Shown here piece after piece: positions 1-10,934 of a stretch of DNA of 64,000 bases. The position numbers and the translations under genes were made by a program. The DNA comes from Lepidodermella squamata (lineage: Eukaryota > Animalia > Gastrotricha). The notes under the pieces were generated by a model. It saw only the letters and a list, made by a program, of their open reading frames with translations. It was not told the origin of the DNA and ran no database searches. Each line of letters starts with the position of its first letter. Position 1 is the stretch's first letter. The stretch covers positions 3,968,001 through 4,032,000 of the forward strand of contig JBLDXI010000003.1 of NCBI GenBank assembly GCA_047495785.1, given 5' to 3'.

Positions 1-1670
1 TCGGCAGCTTGATGGAGGGCTGATACTCCAAATTCGGTTTGCCGGTTAACAAATTTCCGCAACTCGCTCGCAGCTAATGCTGCATTTTTCTGCTGCTCCA
101 GTCTCAATTTGGTCGAGAGGACCAACTTCAGAATTTCAACATGGCCACCGTCACAAATCGGTCGCAAACAGCTATCCCCGTTGCAGACTTGGAAACCGCC
201 AATTTTCTTCCCATGAACGTTTTTGCTATACGAAGTATCGATTAATTCGAGAGGATTTGATCCTGAAGATAGGTACGACTCGACAACATCATAGGATCCT
301 CTTACACAGGCTTCGAAAAATTCCTGTCAATTTCGAGGTTCACAAGACATTTCTTCATTTAAAAAAAATGAGACCTTTTCCTGGCGAATTGATGTTTCAT
401 CGTTTTCGGAATGACGAGTCGTGGGATTGGTTGCAGTTCGATGGTCTCTCCGATTAGTGGGTTCGTGTCTTGGAACAATTTTGATACCTCCGAAATTCGA
501 TGTAGGCGTCTTATTCTGGTCTATATTAAGAGCGATCTTGCTGTAAAGATCTACGACAGCGCCAACGAAATATTCATGGCCCAGAACCTGCGCCATGGTT
601 GGCCTCTCAGCTGGATCTCGGTTGAGAAGATCGTAGGTGATTAGATTTCGCAGCTCTTTGCTCAGTGAATTTGGCAACAAAATTGATTTGATATGCAATC
701 TAGAAATATAACGCAAAAATAACATTTTGAAATTATTTTATATGGAGGTACGTACCGTTTTATCGAAATCATGTAGGCATATCGATCGGATTCGTAAAAC
801 TGGCAAAATAACATTTTCAGGGAATTTTGTATGGTGAAAATATTACCGGAAGCACAAGGCTCGCAATTTCGAACAAGGTGACCCCGAAAGCCCAAACTTC
901 TGACTTAAAATCGTACTGCTTGTTAGATACTGGTAGGCCGCTTGCTTCAGGAATAAGCAGCTCAGGGGCAACGTGACTGAACGCTTTAACAAGCAACTTC
1001 TTCGGACAACTCTCGGAATTATGAATAAGCGGATTGAACATCTTTTCAGCTCCGAAGTCACCAAGTCTCACTATGCAATCGCCACTAAAAAAGATATTCT
1101 TAACGGGAAAAAGCGTATAATTTCCAGCGGAATCAAAGTAGGAAAATCATTACCTGGGTGGTGACATCCCTGTGGAGAATATTTTTGCTATGCAAATACT
1201 GAAGAGCTAAAGCGACCTGAGCGGCAATTTTGAGTACCGATTCTTCGCTGATCAAGTATCCTTTCTGTTTCACTTGCAAGATGGCTACTTTGAGTGTTAC
1301 CGGGTCGTTTGACGGAAAATGCTGTGCCACCAAATTGAAGCAATGTTTCTCTGTATGTAAATAATTAGGGAAGATTTGCAGTTTAATTGAATTCTCTCTT
1401 ACCGACAAAACAGCAGTAAATTTTTGTTAAATTAGGATGTGAAATTCCGGACAGTATTTCAGCTTCTTCGACGGCCGTAGCAATGAGCTGATCACGCCTC
1501 TCAGCAGGAATCCAACTTTCCAAGCCGAAGTCAATCTTCTTCAGAGCGTAGATTTCTCCATTAGAGATGCCACGAACGATGAACGTTGAGCTAAAACCTT
1601 TCTTTTTGCCAATTCGTTGAAGGACATCGAGCTGGTCTGATGCGGTGAAAATTGCTGCACCAGCTGACAT
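1..1670 (-). CDS. NEK-like Ser/Thr kinase with C-terminal ankyrin repeats (multi-exon, 3' end outside window)
   Basis: Spliced exons give YALKKI, AVEEAEIL, LQYLHSKNILHRDVTTQ|NIFFSGDCIVRLGDFG, HVAPEL, KSEVWAFG and LLNRDPAERPT. The last visible exon (~324-1) reads EFFEACVRGSYDVVESYL...GGHVEILKLVL...VNRQTEFGVSALHQAA, which is ankyrin-like. GT-AG introns join the exons. Confidence 0.8.
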
Positions 1671-1782
1671 GCCGTTCCCTTCCCTAGTGGTTCTGTTTTT
1701 AACTTGGTCAGAATTATTTAAGGTAGATTGATTCCTCTTCGAATAAACAACGAATTGTTATATTGCTAATGCATTGAACAAA

Positions 1783-1944
1783 GGGGGTGGCTAGTTCAAC
1801 TGAAATGATCGGATAAATAGCATGTTAAATGTTGTCGAAAAATCAAGGAAATGGTCAATTAATGATCGAACAATCTGAAAAAAAATTGGACAGAAATTGG
1901 ACAGTTTAAAGTCATCTTGAGATATTTTCGAAATAGCCGCCCCC
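1783..1944. mobile_element. Small MITE with 15-bp TIRs, Spy-like insertion signature
   Basis: AAA|GGGGGTGGCTAGTTC ... GAAATAGCCGCCCCC|TTT: TIRs match at 13/15 positions, flanked by AAA and TTT with no duplication. Confidence 0.55.
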
Positions 1945-2603
1945 TTTCTTACTTAATTATAGATGACAAACAGGGGCTTCAATGCCTCTTCGTCTTCACA
2001 ACACCGCAACATCTAATGCAGTATGACTGGTCTAATTCTCGCTCGAGTTAGAGGCAAACTAACTAAACTACAACTGAAGCCAACTAATGTAATAGAACCC
2101 AGGCCAGGAAAGCTACAACATTTCAAGCAACAGTTAGTAGATAGGTATTCATGAGGTGATAGCGGGTATAAAAATAGTAATGTAGATAATGGCAAACATA
2201 TGTGTTTTTTGCTCTCAAAGCCGATAATGTTTTATCAGATAAAGTGTCTTCCCATGAATTCTTGTGGAGATCAAACTCACGGACTAGACGAACTTTATGT
2301 CATTATTGAGACGCCTTTTTACGCCTTTTTTCCTCAGCATCAAGGCTTTTCACAGAAGGATTACCTATAAGCTGCCATTTTTTCATTTCAATGACTTGTT
2401 AAATGTATCGGTGACTTCAAATGATTTCTTAGTGGAGCCAGTGAATCCACAATTATCTGATTGGTCGGGTGGTTTCAAGCCTGTGATTTGTTGGTTCAAA
2501 GAGCACGCGATACGCACCATTTAATTTTTTCTGCGATTGCTTTTAATCCAGAAGTATTACCATTAAGGACATCTAAAATGTAGCAGTACACTACTCTGTC
2601 TCA

Positions 2604-2676
2604 GCCCGGTTAGCTCAGTCGGTAGAGCATGGGACTCTTAATCCCAGGGTCGTGGGTTCGAGCCCCACATCGGGCG
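2604..2676 (+). tRNA. tRNA-Lys (CTT)
   Basis: GCCCGGTTAGCTCAGTCGGTAGAGCATGGGACTCTTAATCCCAGGGTCGTGGGTTCGAGCCCCACATCGGGCG; complete cloverleaf, T-run terminator downstream. Confidence 0.97.
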
Positions 2677-2724
2677 GTTGTACATTTTTAAGCAATACGC
2701 ATAGTACAGCTTTAAAAAGCTAGA

Positions 2725-2762
2725 TCCTTGGCAGGGAATCGAACCTTGGTCTCCCGTGAGCA
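2725..2762 (-). pseudogene. Degenerate 3' half of a tRNA (Asp-like)
   Basis: TCCTTGGCAGGGAATCGAACCTTGGTCTCCCGTG resembles the reverse complement of the tRNA-Asp T arm and acceptor strand; the 5' half is missing. Confidence 0.55.
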
Positions 2763-2805
2763 GTTAATCGCAGTTTCTGGGGTTCGAGTCTCCCGAAGGG
2801 CGCCA
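2761..2805 (+). pseudogene. Degenerate 3' half of a tRNA (Asn-like)
   Basis: CAGTTAATCG...GGGGTTCGAGTCTCCCGAAGGGCGCCA: GTT anticodon-loop-like start, B box, then a T run. Confidence 0.45.
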
Positions 2806-2880
2806 GCTTTTCAAAAACTTACTGCTAGTTTTACGTTATTGTTTAGAATGCCTTTGTTATAAATATTGGCTCAAATACAT

Positions 2881-2950
2881 GGGGCATTAGCTCAAATGGT
2901 AGAGCGGTCGCTTAACATACGAGAGGCAACGGGATCGGCACCCGTATCCA
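2881..2950 (+). pseudogene. tRNA-Ala-derived pseudogene with AAC anticodon
   Basis: GGGGCATTAGCTCAAATGGTAGAGCG...CTTAACAT...GAGAGGCAACGGGATCG follows the tRNA-Ala(AGC) body, but the anticodon stem has mismatches and the 3' acceptor strand is shortened. Confidence 0.75.
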
Positions 2951-3024
2951 ACAAGAGATTTTTTGCCACGAATCTTCTGCTTTGGCAGCTTAAATTTGGG
3001 ACTGAATGGCCATCTAAGCCAAAA

Positions 3025-3094
3025 GGCAAAGTAGCTTAGTGATACAGTGTCTGCCCAGTTAGCAGAAGATTGAAGGTTCGATCCCCCTGAGCCT
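3025..3094 (+). pseudogene. Degenerate tRNA (Thr AGT-like)
   Basis: GTAGCTTAGT A-box, perfect TCTGC/GCAGA stem around CCAGTTA, GGTTCGATCC B-box; acceptor stem mismatched. Confidence 0.55.
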
Positions 3095-3154
3095 TGCTCG
3101 ATTTTTTGCGATAAGCAGTGTGATTTTTTCAAAAATTCATTTCAAAGCAAAACT

Positions 3155-3191
3155 TTCCCTGACCGGGAATCGAACCCGGGCCGCCGCGGTG
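3155..3191 (-). pseudogene. 3' half of tRNA-Glu
   Basis: TTCCCTGACCGGGAATCGAACCCGGGCCGCCGCGGTG is the reverse complement of a tRNA-Glu 3' half and stops at the anticodon loop. Confidence 0.8.
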
Positions 3192-3227
3192 GCAATTAGG
3201 ATAGGCCAAAGGCAGCGCAAAAAAGTA

Positions 3228-3300
3228 CGCCGAGACCCGGGATCGAACCAGGGACCTTTAGATCTTCAGTCTAACGCTCTCCCAACTGAGCTATCTCGGC
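3228..3300 (-). tRNA. tRNA-Phe (GAA)
   Basis: Reverse complement GCCGAGATAGCTCAGTTGGGAGAGCGTTAGACTGAAGATCTAAAGGTCCCTGGTTCGATCCCGGGTCTCGGC; full cloverleaf with a T-run downstream. Confidence 0.96.
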
Positions 3301-5005
3301 TAGATGGCAGAAGGGTGGTCACTTTCCGCTACATTTCATATTTCATGATCGCAGAAAAAAATTAAACCAACCCCTCGAACTATGCGTGTCGCGTGCTCTT
3401 TGAACCAACCAATCACAGACTTGAAACAAAGTGAATTATTGTGGATTCACTGGTTCCACTAAGTTTATTACAGATTAGCCTGGGTCGTTCTCATATGTTC
3501 TCATGGGCCAAGTCGTCCCGACTGCTGATGTTAGATCATCGGAATAGTCATCAGTCATCAACTCTCCAAAATGAAGAGACAGGTTTCAATCGCTGAAATA
3601 GCTTGCTTTCACGCATGGCACTGCTTTCTAAATCTTTCGGATTTTAGTTCGAATGTTAGAGCTGGAATGAAAAAAAGCAATAAGACAACCGATGCTTCAT
3701 CCATTTTCAACGAATTTACTTCTTTAACATTCTCAGTTGCGATACCACATATTTTTCGTATTCTTATCATTATTTTGCCGAATTAGTCGTACATTCATTT
3801 TCTTAGTACAATATAATATAGCATATAACGGATTTCATCAACAACAAAGATATTGACATTAATAGACTCTTTGAAACAGACACGAAGCTATTCTAAATAT
3901 AAGTAGAAATATACCAAGAAATCGTAAATAAAAATCTGTCTTCATTTTCTGCGGCTATAGCTATTTGTACATCACCAACATAAGAAGCCTGTAAAAGCCG
4001 ACGGAATTTCGACAAGCGCGGACAAGGCGAGGTGATAAGATGGCGACGGCGGGTGATAGCGGGGTATAAACGTGTTTTCAATGCCCTACAGCATTTCAGC
4101 GTAACAGGTTCGACAAATCAACGAGACAATCTAATCACTGTGCGCGCGTATGAAAAATAATCAGCTAATTAAAGGCTTCTTCGCTTGGAACCATCATCTT
4201 ATATAACGGCTATTTACAAATTTGTTATTTTTCCTATAATTTAGAGATTTGATATCGTACAGTCAGCCGCGGGAAAGCAACGTCGCGCTCAATAGTACCG
4301 GTCAATGGTAACAACAATCAAAGTTTTTACAGAGAATTTCTTCTAACAAATAACAAAGTGAGCGCGCTTAACACGGACGCAGCTGCTTTTCCGACTCCTA
4401 TGTATATATCATCAGTAGTTTCAGTAGCAAAAAAGCTATTCACCAGAGAGAGAGTAAGTCAACGTACAGTACCCTTCAAAGCTGTTCCTAGAGGAGTTGC
4501 GCAAGACCAACAAAGATAAAACGATCAATGAATTTTTCGAGGGCGTAAATTAAACATGGAGAAAACAAAGATAAATCGAAGCTTAAACACGGGTTCGATG
4601 CTTTCAGTAAAATAGTTATTGTAATTTGGTATTGATATTATGATTATTCGCATAAAAATATAAAATATCTGGGCATGCTCCTCCCTATCATAACTGATTA
4701 GCTCATTTAATCGACACTAGTTGGTAGGTGTTATACAGGTAACTTCATCGTAATTTTGACATCTTACAACACTTCGGACTGACTGGAGGAGTGTTTGTAT
4801 GTTTAAATGGGCGAGATGTTTTAGTTTCATGTAGCGAGAGAGATAGAGAGAGCGAGCGTTGTGTTGAGCATAGGGGCGCGTAACAAGTTGTCGCCGCAAC
4901 GAACGGACACGAAGAGAAATACAGAGAGAGAAAACAAACGAACAAATATCGGCTCAATCGTTAGAAAAATAAACTATATTATATCCTCATCCTCGCCATT
5001 AACCT

Positions 5006-5031
5006 TTCTTCTTCTTCTTCTTCTTCTTCTT
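5006..5031. repeat. (CTT)n microsatellite
   Basis: Direct trinucleotide run. Confidence 0.9.
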
Positions 5032-6369
5032 TGAAAAGAGACGAACAGAGCAAATTTGTTCATTGTAAGATAAATTTCTATGTTATTTCAGGTAAATATA
5101 TAATGAGGAAGCATTATCAATGAAATAATTCGTCTTCCAACTCTGCATATATTCTTCATCTTAATTCGAACAGCCCATTTTTTCTAATACAGGTAGTACA
5201 ATTTTATATAGGAATTTCTTTAAAATCTTCAGTATTATTAGTATATTTATGGCTTTTATATAGAAGAAAAATTTGTAAATAATAATAGTTATAATAATTT
5301 CTATGAATATAGGTATCTGATACAGAATGCACAAGCAGAATGTGGAAACACATCAAGGTAACAATTTTTCCAAAGTGGTTAGAAATAGACATCATCATAT
5401 TTATTATATTCTCACATCCGAGTAAACGAACAGGAGGAGAAAAATAAGGAAAAAAACCAAAACAACAAAATAAATCGTTTCTTTCGAATAATCATAAGCA
5501 CGGTGTATATGCGTAATCATAGCAAAGAAATGGAGGTTTATGTCATCGAGAGGATATTTACAATCAAAATCTGAACGATCGAACTTTCAGCATCGTTTTT
5601 TACGGTGATTAACACGTGTTTAAGTGTGCATTAGCTAATTACGTATGTATTGGTTTCTGACTCGAATACCACAACAACAAGCGATGGCCACGATGCAATA
5701 ATAGCATCGCGTTTCATTCTTCGACACCGGTAACATTCTTTTTATGCAGTAGTAGAAATAATTCGATGATCATGTGTACATAAAACCGATTTTTCAATGC
5801 ACAACGATTTTCGCTAGTATAGCTATTATGTAACTCGGATCAGTTCACTCAATAATTGAAGTCCGTCCCTCAGTCACTTTTAAACGTTTGGTTAGAGTCA
5901 GATATTTGGAACTAGTTATAAGCGGTATTTGTGAAGCAGAGTACCAGACGGTTCGTTAAAACGTAACAAATAAAAAATTTATCCAACAGCGAAAATGCAG
6001 AAAAGGCAAACCGGAATAAACTCGGACTGCTACATCGGTTCATACAAGGTATTTACGTAAATTCAGCTATGAATAGGTCCAGACGCGGGTCACTCACGCC
6101 GTTAAAAGAGAATAAACAGAAGCAACCACGCCACAGTCGATCTCGCGGCTGCACATATCCAGCAGGACCTGATGGCCGGGCGATTCAAGAGGGCACATGA
6201 CAATTAATTATCTTCAAGAATTAGAAACTAGTACACCGGCAGCAATAGGACAACACCTACAGAAAAATCGAAACGTTCAAAAAATCCGCCTTAAAATGTT
6301 GAGTGATTAAACTCACCTTTAAATGAATTTGTTAGAGCTAGTAATGAAGAGGTTTGGCAATCGCGATCG

Positions 6370-9061
6370 CTAGACCTTCCCTTCGCTGACGTTGCTCGAC
6401 GCGAGCAGCAAATTCGGCTTGCACTTAGCCGTCTTTTCATCGGCAACTTCGGCGCCGGACGGAGCCGTTGTCTGGTTGACGACGAAGGGCTCGTCACCGC
6501 TGTTACTGCTCGATACCGATAGATTTGGCTGGCCGTTGCCGCTTCCGCCACTGCCCGAGCCGATTTGAGGCGTTTCGACGCCGCTGTTATTCCACATCGC
6601 GTCGAAATTGCCGTTCGGACGAGGCTGGGTCGGCGTCAGATCGTCAGTCGTGTTGCTGTTCGAATTGTTATTATTATTGTTGTTGTTGTTGGCATTGTTA
6701 TTGCCAACCGTGGTCTGAAGCGATTCTGACACAAGGATCTCACGAGTTGGCGATCGCTGTGTCAGTGGAGTCGCGTTACCGGATTGGGCGCCAGACATTA
6801 GGGCGGAACCGAGCCCGCTAGCCAGGCCCCCTAATCCGCTGAAACCGGGACTTCGGAAAAGGCTCGAACTATTGTTGCCAGATCCACTGACGGCGCCTAG
6901 CAAACCGAATACGCGAAGGTTCTGTTCGAACAGGCCGGCGGCTAGTTGCAACTGCCGGTCGCGATCCGCAGATTCAGTCGGGTCGGAACCGAACTGAGCA
7001 GCGGCTGCAGCAACCGCCGCGGCGATTGTCGACTGAGCATTTGGGACCGGTGTAGACCGCGGCGTCGTTCTCGGCGTGATTGCCGGCGATGAAAACAAAG
7101 AAAATGGATTCGGGCTGTACAACAACGGGTGGGTTGGTGGCGGCGGCGGCCCGCTGGGTCCGTTTGACCCGGCCGCGGCAGCAGCCGCTTGCATGCCATT
7201 TATCATCATCATACCTGCATGCATCATCAAGGAGGGACTGCTGATTCCACTCAGCAGCGGTTGCGATTGAAAAGGCTGGGGGGCTGAAGAATGCCCGTTC
7301 GAAGCTCCCAGATCATAATCGCCGCTACTTGAAACCATAGCTTCAAGTGACATCCTCGCCTGTTTCCGAACCGGGGAGTTGCTCCTGCTGGCTGCTTCAA
7401 CCACGTAGTTGGCAAAGTCTTCCAAGCGATCTGATCCAACTTCAACAGCTTTCTGTTGGTGGTTATGCCGCGGTTGGTTACCTGAAAAACCAGCTGGGAA
7501 ATTGTTTTGCGGCCGGTTATTCCTCCACTGGTCATTTTTATCGCTTTCATCCGGGATTTCTTGCTTGATAAAATTCGCGACAGATGACGTAGAAATCGGA
7601 GGCGAGGACCGGATAGGTTGAAACGAACTGGAGCCCGCTGGTAAACCATGAGTTGGCACGACAACTACGCGATTTGTATTCGCCGTGTTGTTGTTGAACG
7701 ATGAAGGCGGAGGGTAGCAATTGGGTTGTTGTCGGTTTGAGGTATTCGCTTGTTGCTGCTGTTGTTGCTGTTGCTGAGGGGGAGGTTGGCGTACGGGTCC
7801 GACCGGCGGGGCGTTGAATTGACCGGGGGGTCCGATGAGCGACGCCACTTCTTCGTCACTGGCGCCGTCGTCCTTATCACAATCGATATGGTCCAAATCG
7901 GTTGCATTTTTTATCCGAACGCCAACAGGAGGCACCAAAGGTTTGAATGCCGAGTTTAGTTTGTTACTGCTTTTCGCCATGTTATTATTACCGGCTGCTG
8001 AGTTCGCAGATGCCGTACCCGAATAAGACCGCCCATCAGTATTGATAGGCATTTGGGACAGTTCCAGCAACTCGCGAGCTCCAAAAACGCATCTCGAGTA
8101 TACTCCATCTGTCACCGCAACAAACTGAGCTTGGTTCGCTTTTGGCGCGTTGAGAAAAGATACCGGGATTTCTAAAATAAACGAACAGCGTAAAAAGGCA
8201 CCATTCAAAGGTATCAACTCACCGAAATTAAACAGATAGTTTGAGAGGAACATGTCCAATTCACGGACTCCAACATTCAAATGATATGGGTTCACGCAGA
8301 GAAGAGGTTGCCGACAACTGAGCGACTTTTCAACCCTCTCGCCATCGGTAGATTCCAATGGAACAGCTCTAAAAAGAACGGCCAGAACAATATCGAGCCG
8401 CCACACTTTGTCAGCTTGTCGAAGGCAATCGATTCGACGCATTTTTCCTTTCAAATCTGCTATAGAGAGAACACACGGTAGTGTGCGACCTTCAGTCTGT
8501 GAGCCGGAACTAGAAAGTCGAGCAGACTCCGCTAAACAATGTGCCAATTTCTCTCTATCAGCCTACCAATAATAGAAGTAACAGGTGAAATGTTAAATCG
8601 TGTTGACGCAAAACTTACGGCGTCAATATCCTTCCGAAGTTTGGCAAGTAACCTTGTCGCCCAGCGCTGTTTTGTCTCTTGAAGTTCACCCTGAAGTTTG
8701 TTTTTAAGCTTCAGTTCTTCCTCAAGTGGCATTTTCCTTTCGCATTTTTTGAAATACTGACGCTTCGCAGCTTGAAGATGGAACCAAACATAACTGAATG
8801 CTTTTACATGGGGAAGGCAGCTGTCAACAAAGGGGAAGTGATCATCCGCCTGAAATAATAAAGAAGGTTATTATGAAATACAAATAGCTAGGCTAATACT
8901 CAGCAAACCTGATTCATTGGCTCAGATTTTGAAATGATCATGTCTGACTCGCTTCCTGAGCGGCCGATAAAATGAGCATTTTCAGGCTTCTCGAAAGGAT
9001 ATAAGTTATTGTTGACAGGACGAGGGGGGTGGGGGTTAGCTTCTATGCCAGCCTTCATCAT
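6370..9061 (-). CDS. NFI: Nuclear factor I (CTF/NFI) transcription factor
   Basis: [34 protein letters not shown]...[16 protein letters not shown] and [20 protein letters not shown]...PLESTDGER...CVNPYH form the NFI DNA-binding domain. Introns at ~8908-8851, ~8618-8563 and 8222-8172; Q/P/N/S-rich C-terminus. Start and stop are uncertain. Confidence 0.95.
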
Positions 9062-10934
9062 TTCAGCACTCAAATGAAGGAGCTATCTCATTAAAACCAC
9101 ATCGAAAATCTCTATAAGACTAATGTGAAAAATGTTAGATGTATAATCGCAAGAAAAAATAACTAATAAATCAGAGCTGATGAAGATTGTAACAGCTCAT
9201 TCAACCAGTTATCATATAAAACGAAGCAGTCAAACTTCAATAAATTCGCAACGGAGAAGAGCGCATAGCGCATCTGGATGAATGGATTTATAAGCCCAAT
9301 CGCCAGTTGCCCGGGAATATGCTTGGGCTTCAGTTGAAGCATTTAGAACCAAATTCACCGCTGTGGCGATGTTTTACACGGGCAAAATGACACAAAGAAG
9401 TATACAAATAAATTAGAAAAACAGATTACGGATCTAATAAAATAATTTCTTCGAGTCTCAAAGTTGAAATATATCCAATAAAATCAGATATAGTTAGCTG
9501 ACCATCCAAGCTAATGATAAAATATTTTTGAATCTATCCTTCAAATCAAGGTTCAAAACATCACATTAATTAAATTCGATCAATGTACAGAAGCGAAAAC
9601 TAAAAACTCAAATGGTGGTAATCTTGGGGCATTGGGAAAGAATTTATACTTGGGAAATGTGAATGTTGACCACAAGCTGCTGGAGCCACTTGATTATAGT
9701 TCTTTTTGTAAGTTTTGTAAGTTACATGAGATTGAATAAGAAGGTTCATGTGGCAAATTCCAAATGAGCGGCACAACGAACATGCGATGGATACCCAACG
9801 TTTGCCCTGGACGAGTACTTCGAACCTTTAAAGTCTAAAATCAACGTTGCCAAGAGGTGATTTGACCCACGTTGCAAACCGCGAAACTTGGCTTCGACAA
9901 CCGTACCAGCGAGCCAGGGTTCTCGCTTTTTTATTGCATGTTTTTTGTCTTTTCGGCATTTTTTTGTCTGGAATGTGCACCTTGCCTTCATTTCATTTTG
10001 ACCTTTAAATCCCAAAAATGCGTTATTTGTATTTTAACTTATTTAAAACATTATACAGTGAAATTATGAAAAAGTCGACCTTGACATCTTTGCGCGGGTT
10101 AAAATTTTGCGAAGTATTCACGTTTGGCGCACTAAGGGCAAGGGATTAGCAAGGCGCAGTACCGTGTACCTACAGTCGTTAGTCGTTATGCCCGCCTCAT
10201 GTTTCTTCTCCCGTTATCTCTGAGAGTGCCTCTTTTATCTCCACGAATCGACGGTAGTGGGCGTTGATATTGTTAAGTGATGGAAGTGTTCATCTCTAGT
10301 TTGATTTGAAGCCAAGTTTGCTCCAAAATCAAATCGCGTTTTTTATTCAAAGCTTCATCTCCACTCTCCACGTTGTTCAGCTGATATTTCGGGCCTCGAT
10401 TATATCTGTTCTCATTGCTGTTGTCTTCACATAACAAGCATACCCTAGATGACTTCGCTTTCAGTCGATTTTCAATCATTAACAGGTGGATTAATCTTCT
10501 TAATCATATTTTCATATATCAATAGTGCCCATTCAAATCAAACGCCTGTCTCTGTGATCGAGCCTATCGCTTATCAACTATCAAGTTTTCTGTAAGTAGA
10601 TTTGTGGTTTTAAAGGGGATTTGTTCATGCTTGATGCTCATCATGCATACTGTTCTATTTTTTGCGTTCTCTAGACTTTGGACTTGCTAGACGCATTTAA
10701 TATCCTACTAGCTGTATAATCCTTTTAAACGAACCTCCGAAGTGTTCGTTTCTAGAACATGCTCAGAAATTGAGTGATCACCATACCAGGAGAATAGTTA
10801 ATATATCAATGAGAATCTACATAGTGTTTACCTTCCGCTGTTATCTGTTCTTTCAGAAATGATTCAATCTTAATCGTTTTCCTAATCAGTATTTAATTAG
10901 ATTCTGTTTTACTTAGAGCTCTGAAGTCTTATTT

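Larger units (their letters stand above)
2432..3459. mobile_element. Inverted-repeat-bounded tRNA cassette (putative non-autonomous DNA transposon)
   Basis: Arms 2428-2537 and 3348-3463 are reverse complements (26-nt block with 1 mismatch, 45-nt block with 3 mismatches, and a shared TTAATTTTTT(T)CTGCGAT block). TA lies immediately outside GTGG...CCAC at both ends. Confidence 0.65.

Noticed and set aside
2887-3365. Short ORFs across the tRNA cassette
   Set aside because: Incidental translations of tRNA sequence.
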